Positions 12,483-25,165 of a stretch of 64,000 bases of DNA are shown piece after piece. The notes under the pieces were generated by a model. That model had not been told where the DNA came from, did not search any database, and was given only the letters and a program-made list of their open reading frames with translations. The position numbers were made by a program, and so were the translations under genes. The DNA is from Heterodontus francisci (taxonomy: Eukaryota). The stretch covers positions 21,644,029 to 21,708,028 of the forward strand of contig NC_090412.1 in the NCBI RefSeq assembly GCF_036365525.1, read 5' to 3'. Each line of letters opens with the position of its first letter. The stretch's first letter is position 1.

Positions 12483-13398
12483 CTGAACGATAAAATGATA
12501 AACACCAGAAACAAAGTTGAATGAAAACTGTACTTAAAATAAAGTAGCATTAGAGTCACAGGATGCAGTTTCATTTCTTGTGATTCCTCACAGGACAAGA
12601 TCCAATTTGAAGCATAGCTGGGTGGAAGAGGGAGAGGTTATAGCAGGAGACAGACAGACATCTTGAACAAAAGCCAGGCATTCCCTAGAGCACAAGTTTC
12701 CAATCACAAGTAAGGGTATATACAAGAAAAACCTAGTTACTGCATTACAGGACAGGAGAAAAGCGAAGTCACTACTGCTTGTTTTCACATACCTAACAGC
12801 TAGTCTGAGTGTACCACAGGAAAAGAGAGTGACCACCTGTCCACTGCCCCAGTTAAAATACAGTGTACATACATGTGAAAGGAAATTTAAAGTAATCCAT
12901 CAAGTAGAACATCTGGGTAATTTGCAGGCATACAATTCCGCTCTGATACTCTGAAAATGGCCAGAAAGTGTGCAGAGTTTTTCCAGTCCTTTACTTTCCT
13001 TTGTTCCAATTAAACAGAATTTATATAGGTTTTAAAATAACAACTTGCATCAGTGTCAACTCAGATTGCAACATACTACCCAGAAAACCGAAGTCTTGCA
13101 CCTAGCGCACATCCCAGTCCAGTCAGAAGTGTCACAGCTATTTTGATAGCCATACTGCTTTACAGCCACTACATCCATTTACTCCTAATACTAACAAATC
13201 AGAATAAAAAGTAGTTTTAAAAAATGGCATCACTCTTTCTTTACTCTCTGTTGGAACATTCCCCACAAAGGCCTAGCCTTCTTAGATCCCAGGGGTTGAA
13301 TTAAACTCCATTCCTGCTGCAGGTAGTCTTCATCTTGGTCAGCCTTGCCGCTAGTTCTCAGGCTCCAGGAATGCACAACTGCAGTGTGATTCAGTCAC

Positions 13399-13672
13399 TT
13401 ATTTATTTATTTAGAGATACAGCACTGAAACAGGCCCTTCAGCCCACTGAGTCTGTGCCGACCAACAACCACCCATTTATACTAATCCTACATTAACCCC
13501 ATATTCTCTGCCACATCCCCACCATTCTCCTACCACCTACCTACACTAGGGGCAATTTACAATCGCCAATTTACCTATCAACCTGCAAGTCTTTGGCTGT
13601 GGGAGGAAACTGGAGCACCCGGCGGAAACCCACGCAGACACAGGGAGAACTTGCAAACTCCGCACAGGCAGA
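13399..13672 (-). mobile_element. HE1-type V-SINE, 5'-truncated
   Basis: V-domain ggagtttgcaagttctccctgtgtctgcgtgggttt, CR1-derived tail and (taaa)n. Confidence 0.9.
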
Positions 13673-13727
13673 GGGTCTTCTGGGGTCTCTTCATTTGCAA
13701 GGACTGTCAATACTCCTCACCATGTCA

Positions 13728-14142
13728 ACTGTGTCTCGGTTGGTAGCACTCTTGTTTCTGAGTCAGAAGATTGCGGGCTCAAGGATCACTCCAAAGACTT
13801 GAACACAAAAATCGCGGCTGACAGTCCAGTGCAGTAATGGGGGATTGCTGTACTGTCAGACGTGCCATCTTTCAGATGAGACGTGAAACTGAGGTCCTGC
13901 CTACTCTCTCATGGCACTATTGCCAAGAGCAGGAGACTTATCTGGTGTCCCTCAATCAACATCACAAACAGATTAGCTGGTCATCACCACAATGCTATTT
14001 GTGGGAGCTTGCTGTATGCAAATTACCTGCTGTGTTTCCTACATTGCAGCAGTGACAGCACTTCAAGTGCTTCGTTGGCGAGAAGCGCTTGGGGATGTTG
14101 CGAGGTCGTGAAAGGAGCTATACAATTGCAAGTCTTTCTTTT
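13728..14142 (+). mobile_element. Deu-domain SINE, near full length
   Basis: Head ttggtagcactctt..tctgagtcagaag through tail gtgaaagg..tgcaagtctttctttt. Confidence 0.85.
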
Positions 14143-14179
14143 ACTACCTATTTCGACCTGCCTGGCCTGAACCTAAAAG

Positions 14180-14597
14180 GGGAGATGGTGGGGTAGTGGG
14201 AATGTCGCTGAACTAGCAATCCAGAGACCCAGGCTAATACCTTTGGGACACTGGTTCAAATCCCAACATGGCAGCTGGTGGAATTTAAATTCAATTAATA
14301 AATTCTATTAATTAATACAAGGCTGGAATTGAAAGATAGTTTCAAGGCACCATTACTGAGACTATCGATTGTCATAAAAACCCATCTGGTTCACTAATGT
14401 CCTTTAGGGAATGAAACCTGCCGTTGTTACCCGGCCTGGCCTACGTGAGACTCCAGACTCTCAGCAATGTGGCTGACTCTTAACTGCCCTCTGAAATGGC
14501 CTAGCAAGTCACTAAGTTGTCAAGAGTAATTAGGGAAGGACAACAAAATGCTGGCCTTGCCAGCAATGCCCTCATCCCAACAAAGAATTTTTTTTAA
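14180..14597 (+). mobile_element. tRNA-derived SINE sharing its 3' tail with the LINE at 45470/59220
   Basis: A/B-box head gtagtgg...ggttcaaatccc; tail aattaggga...aaatgctggccttgccagc...catccc; partial copy at ~54050-54290. Confidence 0.8.
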
Positions 14598-15893
14598 AGC
14601 CCCAGACTTTTCCCCACTCCTCCCACGTGACTGTTTTGCCTTTATCCGTCCATCTTCATCACCCCAAAGCTTTCACAGCTAGTTGACTAACTTGCAGCAG
14701 CTGTTTTCAGATCAACTTGATCCAGGTTATGCCGCTTGGGGATCCCATTCAGTAAGTTAATTCCAAATCCTTGCAACTTCTTTCATTTCAAACTTATGTA
14801 ACACCAATATTTCAGACTCCAATAAACAATGCCAGAGATTTGGTACTTTCCCAGACTTCCCAGTGATCTTCACTCAATTACAGATGTCTTAAGTTTATGT
14901 TCTTGTTTACAGTAGACACAACTGTACCACCATATAGATCAAAAGGCAAGAGACCAGGAGTAATTAAACAAAATTAAAACTGCTGAAAATTTCAACACTC
15001 CCCTATGACTCACGACACCACCACTACTAACTGCCAGGAAATCTTTCCCTATTCCTTATGACAGACCAGCCCTCGCACTCCAAGTGAGATTGTGTATTCC
15101 ACATGATTTGACTGCTGAAGGAACACTTTCATTTTGAAAATGTTTGTTTCTGTTGGATTTCCAGCTTGAATTCCTTTTCTTACCAGACAGGCCTACTCCT
15201 GCTCTTGCAGCCTTTAAGGGAGGGAACGGGCTTCCACGGCCTCGCTCTGAAACTGTTCTGTTTCTGATAGCGTGAACAAGCTGAGTTTATGGGAGATTAG
15301 GATGCTCTTGTCCTCTGAGCAGTATTTCCCATGTTTACTGGGAAAACAAAGGCAGGAATGAACAGACAATTATGTAGACAGGAGGCGGAAAGATGACAGA
15401 TAGAAGTGGGGCAGAAGGTTCATCGAGAAGAACTATGAGGGCCACTGTCCAATAAATAAGGCCAGCGAGCGAGTGGGTCACAAAAGTTGAGAAAAAGTAA
15501 AGTTAAAAATGGAAGAAAAACGAACAAACAAAGAAGCAAGAGAAGTAATAAAGTAGAACTGAAAAAAAAAGCAAGAAGCAAATGACTGGGATTAGAGGAG
15601 ACCTGAAAGGTAACACTGCTTAATAAATATCAAAACCATGAACTGTAAGAAGCGACTGCCTACTAAGCAGTGAAAATACAAAGTGCAGAAAAATGTTCTT
15701 TGTTTCCACACTTCTGCTCTTGGTTTCTTTGCAATCATGTTGACAATTTGTTGCGATCTCTTCTCTCAGCAGAGTACACCACATTCCCTAACACCACATG
15801 TCGTATCTTCTCACGTTGATTAATGAAGCAAAGTTTAGAATTGCACATATGTAATCCCATGTGGTTTACTGTCCCTTAATGACATTTAAATAC

Positions 15894-16036
15894 CTGGTGT
15901 GATTCTCTAACACTTTGAGGGGAGAAGTGGCAAACCGCAAGTCCCATATTTGCAATACGGGCATTCGATCATCTTCAGATGCAAGAACAAGTTGAGTTGC
16001 AACTTCAGGGTTCCAGGCCATTCCAGAACAACGCAT
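15894..16036 (-). CDS. SEC31B: SEC31B coding exon 6 ([24 protein letters not shown]...LENHTR)
   Basis: ttgcag acceptor, AG|gtattt donor, 143 nt; WDLRFA motif. Confidence 0.96.
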
Positions 16037-16686
16037 CTGCAAAAGTCAAGTGAAACCACACTTGTTATTTTATGTGGAACTAATCCACAGCTTCAGGATT
16101 TTTGTTTGGGCAAATCTTTATGTTCATTAGGTGAAGGCTGCTAGTGTTGAGAAATCCCATTTCTGGGATTTAATGTTAGCATTAGGCACTACTAGGCCAG
16201 GTATTACACTGATTATAAGAGGAGAATACATCTCTTCATGCCTCAATAATGCTCCTTAGCCCAGCTCAGAGGAACACCCCATAGTATGACAGATCCATTC
16301 CTGGCATCGATCTGCAAGATTACTCATTAGAGTCAAACTAAGCACAATTTGGTGCTTTCGACAACACCAACGAGGAACTAGATTGAGACACCTCGGATGC
16401 ACTTCAGTCAAAATGCAGAGGAGGCTGTCATTCTATTAGTGTGGGACTCATTGAAACCTAGACCCAGTGTAGCGCCATGTGCTAACGATTTTGTTTTTGA
16501 AAAAGATATATTTTTCAGCACAATTCATTTATTTCTTTTAAATATTCACCACACGGAAATGCAACAAAGATAGGCCGGTAAAATAAGTTATATTAAACAT
16601 TTGGAACAAGATCTCATTTTCACCCACTGAATATGAAGGCACAAAGCGATGGAAGATACATTCAGGATCAGCAAGAGCGCACTCAC

Positions 16687-16827
16687 CCTGTTGCTGTGAT
16701 CACTGACTTTGATGATAGGTTCATTCTTTCTCAGGTCCCACACCACAGCTCTGCCACTTGGATGGGCAGAAGCCAGGATGTGCTGCACCTGCCGATTCCA
16801 GGCCACACAGCTGATATCTTCAGAAGG
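16687..16827 (-). CDS. SEC31B: SEC31B coding exon 5 ([25 protein letters not shown]...SDHSNR)
   Basis: atgcag acceptor, AGG|gtgagt donor, 141 nt; AHPSG is SEC31B-type (SEC31A has ASPSG). Confidence 0.96.
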
Positions 16828-19489
16828 CTGCATGAATTCAAAAGGTCTCATTAACAAATGAGAAAGGATTAAGTGAGAATGGTTCATAACTGCAGCACAT
16901 AATTAATCCTTCAAAAGGCATATCCAGTCCTCCTCACAACCCATGCAACTGAATGAGGAAACAGCATCAACAGATCAGGTGTCTAATGTGTGACACACAG
17001 AGACACAAATAAACTTGCATCCTTGCTGCTGTGACAGCTTTAAAGGGAAAACTCAGCAAGGGTCATGCAACATACAGCCATGGAAGCCTGAAGTAGCACT
17101 GGTGTGAGAAGATAGGAAAGAAATAGCTTGTATTTACAGATCATGTTTAACATTAAAAATGTTAGTGTTTCATAAAAGGAAGACAGACACTGAGCCACAG
17201 TGGTAAAGATTAGAGCAATGACCAAAGCCTGGGCGAAAAGCCGAGTTTTAGAAGATTAATGGAGAAATGTTAGAGTATGTGAAGGGTATTCCAGAGAGTG
17301 GAGCCAAGGCCATGGAGCAGTGCACAAAAAATAAGACTGGAGTTGGGAGGGATTGCAAGGATGAAGGAGGTCCGTAATTCTGTTAAGGTATTAATCCAGA
17401 GTTTCTATTTAATAGGATCCAGCCCTGGTCAGTGATGACAGAGCTCATGAGCCAGTGGGAATTAGAGCAGCACAGGAAATTAGCAGTCATGCTCTGGACA
17501 AGTCAGAGACCTTTTAAACACCACCCAGCCCTCAAAGACATTCATCCTTCCACCTGGAGTTCTTTTGTTAGAGGGAGAAGACAAAGTATAATGGCCACTG
17601 AAAACCAGGAAAAAAATTGAAGGCACTGATCATAAATGTGACAAGAGTCTCAACTATAAGATTCATGGTTGACTCCTGGTTTTGGTCCATTTCACACTAG
17701 AAATCGTTGAACGAGCAAGTTTATCAGTTTTAGCTAGTTAGGAAAGGCAAGATAGAAGTCCAGGGCAAATAGTAGGGCTACAAGGAACAAGCAAGGTGTT
17801 CATTGAATGAAGTTGAAAAAGGTAGAGAAGAATGTACTTTTGCACACTTCTTCCAAACATTTCTTTGCATGCTAAGATTTATGAATTAGTGGACTTCTCA
17901 GATTTGTTTGTCCTGATTTCCTAGCCAAAACAATGTGCAAGGAGTCAAAAAAGTCCTTTACGAAGTGTCAATGCTCGTTACCAGCCATTCAGTAATCAAT
18001 AACGCAGACTGGCAAGCACCACAATATAAACTATTTATCACTCGTTCAATACATACTACATTGTCCCATTATACAATACACAGCAATTACTGATAGTTAT
18101 TGGTTAGTTTGATGCAATAATCTCTGTCCTGGACTACTAGTTATGCATAGCTTAAACTGGGGACATCCCAGTTTACTGGGAAACATTATATCAGAGTTCT
18201 GAAATGAAATATTAGCTGATGAAAATGTTGCTACTCCTTGTGCTGTACAACCCAGAGGCTGATTCTTCATTCACATTTAGAAGGCTCATTGTAAAAATTG
18301 CAGTGTCCAAATGTGACAAATGCACTGGTGATCTGGAATGCATCGACTGAAAGGGTGATGGAAGCACATTCATCGTAGCTTTCAAAAAGAGAATTGGATG
18401 AATACTTGGAAGGGAAAATATTTACAGGGAAAAGGGACAGGGATGGGACGAATTGGACAGCTTTTTCAATGTGTCAGCACAGGTATCATGGGCCAAATGG
18501 CCCCCTTCTACAATGTATCATGCTATGATTTACTGGACACAGCCCTGTTGATCTCTATACCACTCTCCACTGCTCGCCTGATCATTTGTTAACACTGATT
18601 TTTCAGTCTTTTAGGCTATAACTTTCTACCGCTGTGAGTGCTTACATTGCGTCCAATATATCTAATATTTACAATACTAACATCTGCGTTGTAAATTATA
18701 ATATTGTTTCCATTATACTCATGTTTTAAGACAAACACTATTCCTGTTGGTTAAACTTTGAATAATTCACACAATTCTGCCACACTTTTATATCTAATTG
18801 TGCACAGAGCCCAAGACAGAAAGAAAGGGGATAGAAAGAAAGAAACCTAGAGGGAGACAGAAAGAAGACAGCAGAGCCAACAAGTGCAACTGACAATACC
18901 ACTCATGCATCAGAGATCGTGTGGACAGATACCAGACAGCATGGAGAGATGTGAAAAGGCACCAGTGTGGACTAAAGGAGAAAGAGGCATGAACAAAAAT
19001 GTGAACAGAGTAGAGAGATGGGCAGAAGGCACTCCGCTGATAGTCTGGATACAGTGGAGATACACACGTAGGGAACTGCGCGGGCAGAGCGGAGAGAAAG
19101 ATGCAAATCTTGTAGACAATGAAGATAGGCACACACATTGTTGTTTTCATATCTTCACACTCTTCCCTGAGAGAGTAGTGTGAAGTAGTGGAAGGATTTG
19201 CAGACTGATTAACAAATGCTCCTTCCATAACAGTCATTATAGCTGACAAGAGGGTGGTAAGGCCAAAAATGATGGAAGGATTTTATGGGTGCCTTTAGCA
19301 GACAAAATTGGGGTGGGGTGGGGGTGACAACGGGACGGGAGACCAACACACACAGGATGCGAGTAACTGCCTTTGACGTCAACCCAGAATTCAGAGCTAG
19401 AGCTCCCACCTTCCGTAACTGGACTGTCTGGAGCAAGATTCCAAACCCTGCACCTTCCGACTCAGATTTCTATCATTAAGGCGAAGGCT

Positions 19490-19720
19490 CGCCCCACTGC
19501 AGACAACGAGGACAGAGCAGGGAAACACATACCCACTACTGGCAATGGGGAGGGAACAGAGGATAATGGGCAGGGAGACACACACTCATTTAGGACAATG
19601 AGGATCGAGCAGGGAGATAGACACCCATTGCAGACAATCGAGGACAGAGGAGGGAGACACACATACATTGCAGATGATGAGGAGAGAACAGGGAGAGAAA
19701 CACAACAGACGAGGCTGTAG
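19490..19720. repeat. Degenerate ~40-bp tandem repeat (~6 units)
   Basis: Recurring cattgcagacaa..gaggacagagcagggagacaca. Confidence 0.7.
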
Positions 19721-19843
19721 ATAGGGAGACATATACATAATTGGTACTTTGGACTGTGAAGACACAAAATAGAGGGAGGGAGAGTAAAGGGAAAGTGAGA
19801 CAAAGGAACACACACAGATGGAAATGTGCACTTCAAGCCTTAC

Positions 19844-19852
19844 CTCTCTTTG
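19844..19852 (-). CDS. SEC31B: Candidate 9-nt alternative microexon of SEC31B (CAAAGAGAG = QRE)
   Basis: Long pyrimidine tract ...ttcttttgctctgtttttcctgtctctccatccacag| and donor GAG|gtaagg; phase 0-0 inside a phase-0 intron. Confidence 0.55.
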
Positions 19853-20271
19853 CTGTGGATGGAGAGACAGGAAAAACAGAGCAAAAGAATTGTTACTTGC
19901 ATTGCAATAAAAGATAATTGAACATTCTTATACAGTGTGCAATTCTGCAGAGTATGGAAAAGTACTACAAATTCAAGAACCGAGGATAATTCTGACAATT
20001 ATTTCAATCACGTAAAATCTAATCACTGCAGCACTCAAACATGGCGGTATCAAGATTATCATTCCTTTTTCATGTGGTTTCATGCATACAAAGGAGCCTA
20101 AAATATCAGCATTCACCAACGGTATTTGGCACTCAATATTAGAGTGCATTAACACCCCATACACTGCAACACCCCCCCAACCCCACCACCCTGAGTCTAA
20201 GTGCTTCTTTCCACCAATGTTATCCTGGCAACTATCAAAGACAGAGGTACAGCGTTAAGACTTCAACATAC

Positions 20272-20367
20272 CTGGGACTTTGATCCTGGTGTCATTGGTG
20301 TACTGAAGTTATTTAAATCCCAAATATATATCTCAGAATCATTAGCTCCAGAAGCCATAAGGTTGTT
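20272..20367 (-). CDS. SEC31B: SEC31B coding exon 4 ([32 protein letters not shown])
   Basis: cttcag acceptor, CAG|gtatgt donor, 96 nt; WD40. Confidence 0.96.
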
Positions 20368-20419
20368 CTGAAGAAAATACAAAAACAAAACAGATGAAAG
20401 TACAAAATTACAACATTTT

Positions 20420-20970
20420 AGGATCAGAAATACAGTAGGCCATTCAGCTCAAGTCCATTCCACCAGTCAATTCTATCATGATCCTAACATTTACCCACCT
20501 TGGTTCCATATCCCTTAATATCTTGATGTAACAAAAATGTATCATGCTCAGTTTTCAAATTTTCAATTGACCCCTGGTAACAGCAGCATTTTTTTTTGAA
20601 GGTGCAGGAGTTGCAGCTTTCCACTTTCCTTTCTGTGAAGTGCTTCTTGACATCACCCCCAAATTGCCCAGCTCTAATTTTAAAGTTATGCTCCATTGTT
20701 TTGCACTCACAGCAGAGGAAATAAGTTTCTCTCTTATCTATCCTATCAAATCCTGTAATCATCTCAAACACTTCTACTAGATCACCCCTTAATCTTCTAA
20801 ACTCAAAGGAATACAAGCCTAGTCTATGCAACCTGCCCTCATAAGTTAATCCTTTGAGCCCCAGTATCATTCTGGTGAAACAGCATGCCGCTCCCTCCAA
20901 GGGCAATATATCTTTCCCATGGTGTAGTGCTCAGAACCAAATGCAATTCTCCAAATGGGGTTTGGCCAGA
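20420..20970 (-). mobile_element. CR1 LINE 3' fragment
   Basis: LTYEGRLHRLGLYSFEFRRLRGDLVEVF. Confidence 0.88.
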
Positions 20971-21644
20971 ATGATCTGACCAAGGAGAGAAATGGGTAGA
21001 AACTTCAACACCTCAATATAAAGAAAACTGTCTCTTTTGAGCAACCTCATTGGCCAAATCTGCGAGGCTTTTAAGCAAGTTCATTTGCTAAAGTCGCATG
21101 ACTGTTTTGTCCACGTCAGTGTTTAATTCATGTCATTTTGCAGCAATCCTTTTGCCCATAGCTAATCACTTGACTAATCTCACTGTTGCATATTTGTCAC
21201 AGGTAATTGCAGTGGAAACCTTCCCCTGCCTCCCAACACCTTTCTCATACTTATTGTTAGATTACATTTTTCTTAGGAGACCACAGCTCTTATGGAAGCC
21301 CCATCTTAACTCTCTGCCATGCTAGTATAGCTCGGATTGTACAGTTAATGCCAAATCCCAGAAAAATTGTTTACTGGAAGAAATATGAGACTACCTCAAA
21401 GGCAGAAAAATACTATACTGCAAGAACACTCCGTACAGGTTAAAACTATTTGTCCAGATTTCTATATAGATAAGATACTATCAGTGCAATTAAAGTGACA
21501 TTTCATTTTCCACAAACTGGGTTGAGCATTTAAAAACATATCAATAGTTCTTGCTGTTCCTATTAGCATGTTCTTAGAATCACTTATCCACTCATTCATT
21601 GCCAAAGTGAGAGTGGAGAGAATCTGACTCTCAGTTTCTGATAG

Positions 21645-21920
21645 CATTTATTATTCGTTGGCAAGGCCAACATTTATTGCCTCCGAAAAGGTGATGAGCC
21701 TCCTTCTTGAACTGCTGCAGTCATATGGTGCAGATACATCCACCGTGCTGCTAGGTAGGTAGTTCCAGGATTTTCACTCAGCGATGAAGAAACAGAGATA
21801 TAATTCCAAGTCAGGATAGAGTGAGATTTGTCGGGGAACTTACAAGTGATGGTGTTCCCACGCACCTGCTGCCCTTGTTCTTCAAGGCAGTAGAGGTCGC
21901 AAGTTTGGATGGTTTGCTAT
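21645..21920 (-). mobile_element. 3' fragment of the CR1/L2-group LINE seen at 45470 and 59220
   Basis: Direct similarity to those copies (ttccaagtcagga, ggtgttccca, ctgctgcccttg). Confidence 0.8.
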
Positions 21921-22699
21921 CTTTTTAAAAGATCCCATTATCACTTTAGAAAAAAATCACACCAATAGAAGACCAAAGATCATCACAGGAACTCAAGATT
22001 ATGAGAATGGCTTTCTCTTTGCAGTTCTAGCAATTTCTTTGCAGCAGTCAGGCAGTCAAAATGTTTTCAATTTTGATAGTCCTGCGCTCAATTCCAGCAT
22101 AAAGGGATGGAGGTCTCCACCATCTGTTCATTGTCAGGATACTATGTGTACTACCTTGGAACATCTCAATCCAGGTCCTAGTGGGCACGAGCCTTCAGCA
22201 CCAAAGTCTCCCTAATTCAGCATAAATTGGCATTGGGAGAGGCTACAAGATGCTGTGGAAAAGAAAAACAATACCAGTGATCTTTTGAGGGTGGTAGAAC
22301 AGAGTAGAGAGCTTTGTTCTTATTCTTGCACTGCACCCAACTTGGCAGTGTTTGAAATGGGAAGAGTTCCAATCCACAGCAATAACATTCCTCACCAAGA
22401 ACAGAAAAAGACTAACCAAAAAAATTAAGAGTGATTACCATCAGAAAATACCATATTGGTCAAGTCATGCTGTTGTTCCAGTCCAAGAGTCTTTCACTAA
22501 CGATCCCTGGTAGGTACATATAATGTAACCAAGAAATCCTATATTAGGATCACTTGGCAACATTATGTAAGTCTACCAGGATCTATATAGATCCAGAGTT
22601 GGAGATAGTGAGAGAGACTGCTCACAGAATAACTGTTTACCTCTACTGTGGTGAAAGCCAGAGGTGACAAGATGAACACCGAAGCTGTTAATCGACTGT

Positions 22700-24358
22700 T
22701 TACTAAAACAAAGTGACTCCTGACAACCCAGCCCCCGACAGCATCAGAGCGCTCCAAGTTACGCATGTGTGCAGAACAGACGCTTGCTGCTAGTATGGTA
22801 CTGCGCATGCGCAGCCAACATCAGAACATGGCTTGCTGCACAAACACGACTAATTCGTGCACTTGTCACTCGTCACTCGCGGCCTTGGCACCTGGCCCCC
22901 CTCCAGCCTCGGGACTCCCCTCCCCCCTGCTTCTGGTCCCCGGTACTGGCCCCTGCTCCCCCCCCCGCTTCTGGTCCCCGGTACTGGCCCCTGCTCCCCC
23001 CCCGCTTCTGGTCCCCGGTACTGGACCCCCAACCCCTCCCGCTTCTGGTCCCCGGTATTGGTCCCCCAACCCCTCCCGCTTCTGGTCCCCGGTGCCTGGT
23101 CCCCACTCCCTCCCACCACTTCTGGTCCCCACTCCCTCCCACCACTTCTGGTCCCCACTCCCTCCCACCACTTCTGGTCCCCACTCCCTCCCACCACTTC
23201 TGGTCCACACTGCCCCCCCCCCCCCCACTTCTGGTCCCCACTCCCTCCCACTTCTGGTCCCCGGTGCTGGTCCCCACTCCCTCCCACTTCTGGTCCCCAC
23301 TCCCCCCCCCCCCCCCCCCCCACTTCTGGTCCCCGGTATTGGACCCCCAACCCCTCCTGCTTCTGGTCCCTGATACTGGTCCCCAACCCCTCCCGCTTCT
23401 GGTCCCCGATACTGGTCCCCAACCCCTCCCGCTTCTGGTCCCCGATACTGGTCCCCAACCCCTCCCGCTTCTGGTCCCCGATACTGGTCCCCAACCCCTC
23501 CCGCTTCTGGTCCCCGATACTGGTCCCCAACCCCTCCCGCTTCTGGTCCCCGGTACTGGTCCCCAACCCCTCCCGCTTCTGGTCCCCAACCCCTCCCGCT
23601 TCTGGTCCCCCGTTCTGGTCCCCAAACCCTCCCGCTACTGGTCCCCAAACCCTCCCGCTACTGGCCCCTGGTACTGGTCACCAGTAGTGGCCCCTGCTCC
23701 TGGTCCCTGGTACTGGTCCCCAACCCCTCCTGCTTCTGGTTCCCGGTACTGGTCCCCTGTACTGGCCCCCGCTCCCTCCCGCAATCGCAGGCTTTTTTCC
23801 CTGCACTGGGGAAGCGTGGGAGAAGAAGTGTGACAAGATAGGCAGGGGAGGGGAGGGAGACTGCGAACTAGAGGCCAAGGGGAAAGGGTGAGGACACAGA
23901 TTCTGTTGAAATGCACACTCAATCCCGCACATGTAGCTCTCCTGGAACTCAGATCTAAACACAAAGCTCACTGAAGTGATGCTGGATCAAGTTGTTGATT
24001 TGGTTCTTATTACAACACAGAAGCAGCTCTCTGCCGATGTTCAGGTTGAACACGAGCTCCCTGGATTTGTCTGTTCCAACTTCCAAAATGTCAGAAATCT
24101 CTTTTTAAAATGCTCATTGGTTTAAAATTCAGGTTTGTGTCCTGAAATAATTATCAATAAAATTCATTAAACAACGCGTTGCGGGGAGCAGGAGTGGGGA
24201 CCAGAAGTGGCCATTTGTTTTCATTTTTGATAGGTATTGAGTAGTGCCATCTTTGCTACTGACAGCTGCCAAAACGTGCATGAGGCTGCATTTGCGCATG
24301 GGCAACTACAGCACCACCTAGTGGTTGTGTTGTCAGCAAACGCAGCCTTACTAAAACA
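22700..24358. mobile_element. Unclassified non-autonomous element with 11-bp terminal direct repeats and subterminal inverted repeats
   Basis: ttactaaaaca at 22700 and 24348; ctgacaacccagcc (22720) versus ggttgtgttgtcag (24323). Confidence 0.55.
22925..23785. repeat. C-rich compound minisatellite (26- and 36-bp units, core cttctggtcccc)
   Basis: Units cttctggtccccactccctcccacca and cttctggtccccgatactggtccccaacccctcccg. Confidence 0.95.
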
Positions 24359-24569
24359 CTGCACTGCACAAGACCTGGGACTGCGTAATGCAGCAATGCA
24401 GAGAGCTTTACTGAGTCTAGCACACCACACTCACGCCTGGTTTGGGAGTAAAACATTCACTTGTGATAAACTATTTGATAGACTTTTGGATGCGCAAAAT
24501 TGCAACAATTTTTTCTGCTGCAATTTCAAATATACATTTATTTCAACAATTTCTCATCATTTAGTTTAG

Positions 24570-25165
24570 GAATATAGGAACAGTAGTAGGCCATTCAGCT
24601 AATCGAGCCTGTTCCGCCATTCAATACGATCATGGCTGATCATCCACTTCATTGCCTTTTTCCCCACACGAACCCCGCATCCTTTCATGTCATTGGTGTT
24701 TAGAAATCTGTAAATTTCTACTTTAAACATACTCAATGACTGAGCTTCCACAGCTCCCTGGGGTAGAGAATTCCAAAGATTCACAACCCTCTGAATAAAG
24801 AAATTTCTCCTCTTCTCTGTCCTAAGTGGCTTCCCCTTATTTGGAAATTGTGTCCCCTGGTTCCAGACTCCCCAACCAGGAGAAACACCTTAGTTGCATC
24901 TACCCTGTCTTCCCTTTTATTATTTTGTAGGTTTCAATGAGATCACCTCTCATTCTTCGAAACTCGAGCGATTACAGGCCCTCTTTCACCAAACTTTCTT
25001 CACAGGACAGTCCCACCATCCCGGGAACAGTTATACAGCACAGAAACATGCTGAACCTTCATTGCACTCTCTCTATGACAATAATATCCTTCCTAAGGTA
25101 AGGGGACCAAAACCGCACACAGTACTCCAGGTGCGGTCTAACCAAGGTTCTATACAATTGAAGCA
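24570..25165 (-). mobile_element. CR1 LINE 3' fragment
   Basis: NLWNSLPQGAVEAQSLSMFKVEI.RFL and CR1 tail. Confidence 0.88.

Noticed and set aside
22765-23833. Pro/Gly-rich ORFs in all six frames
   Set aside because: Translation of the C-rich minisatellite; no splice or homology support
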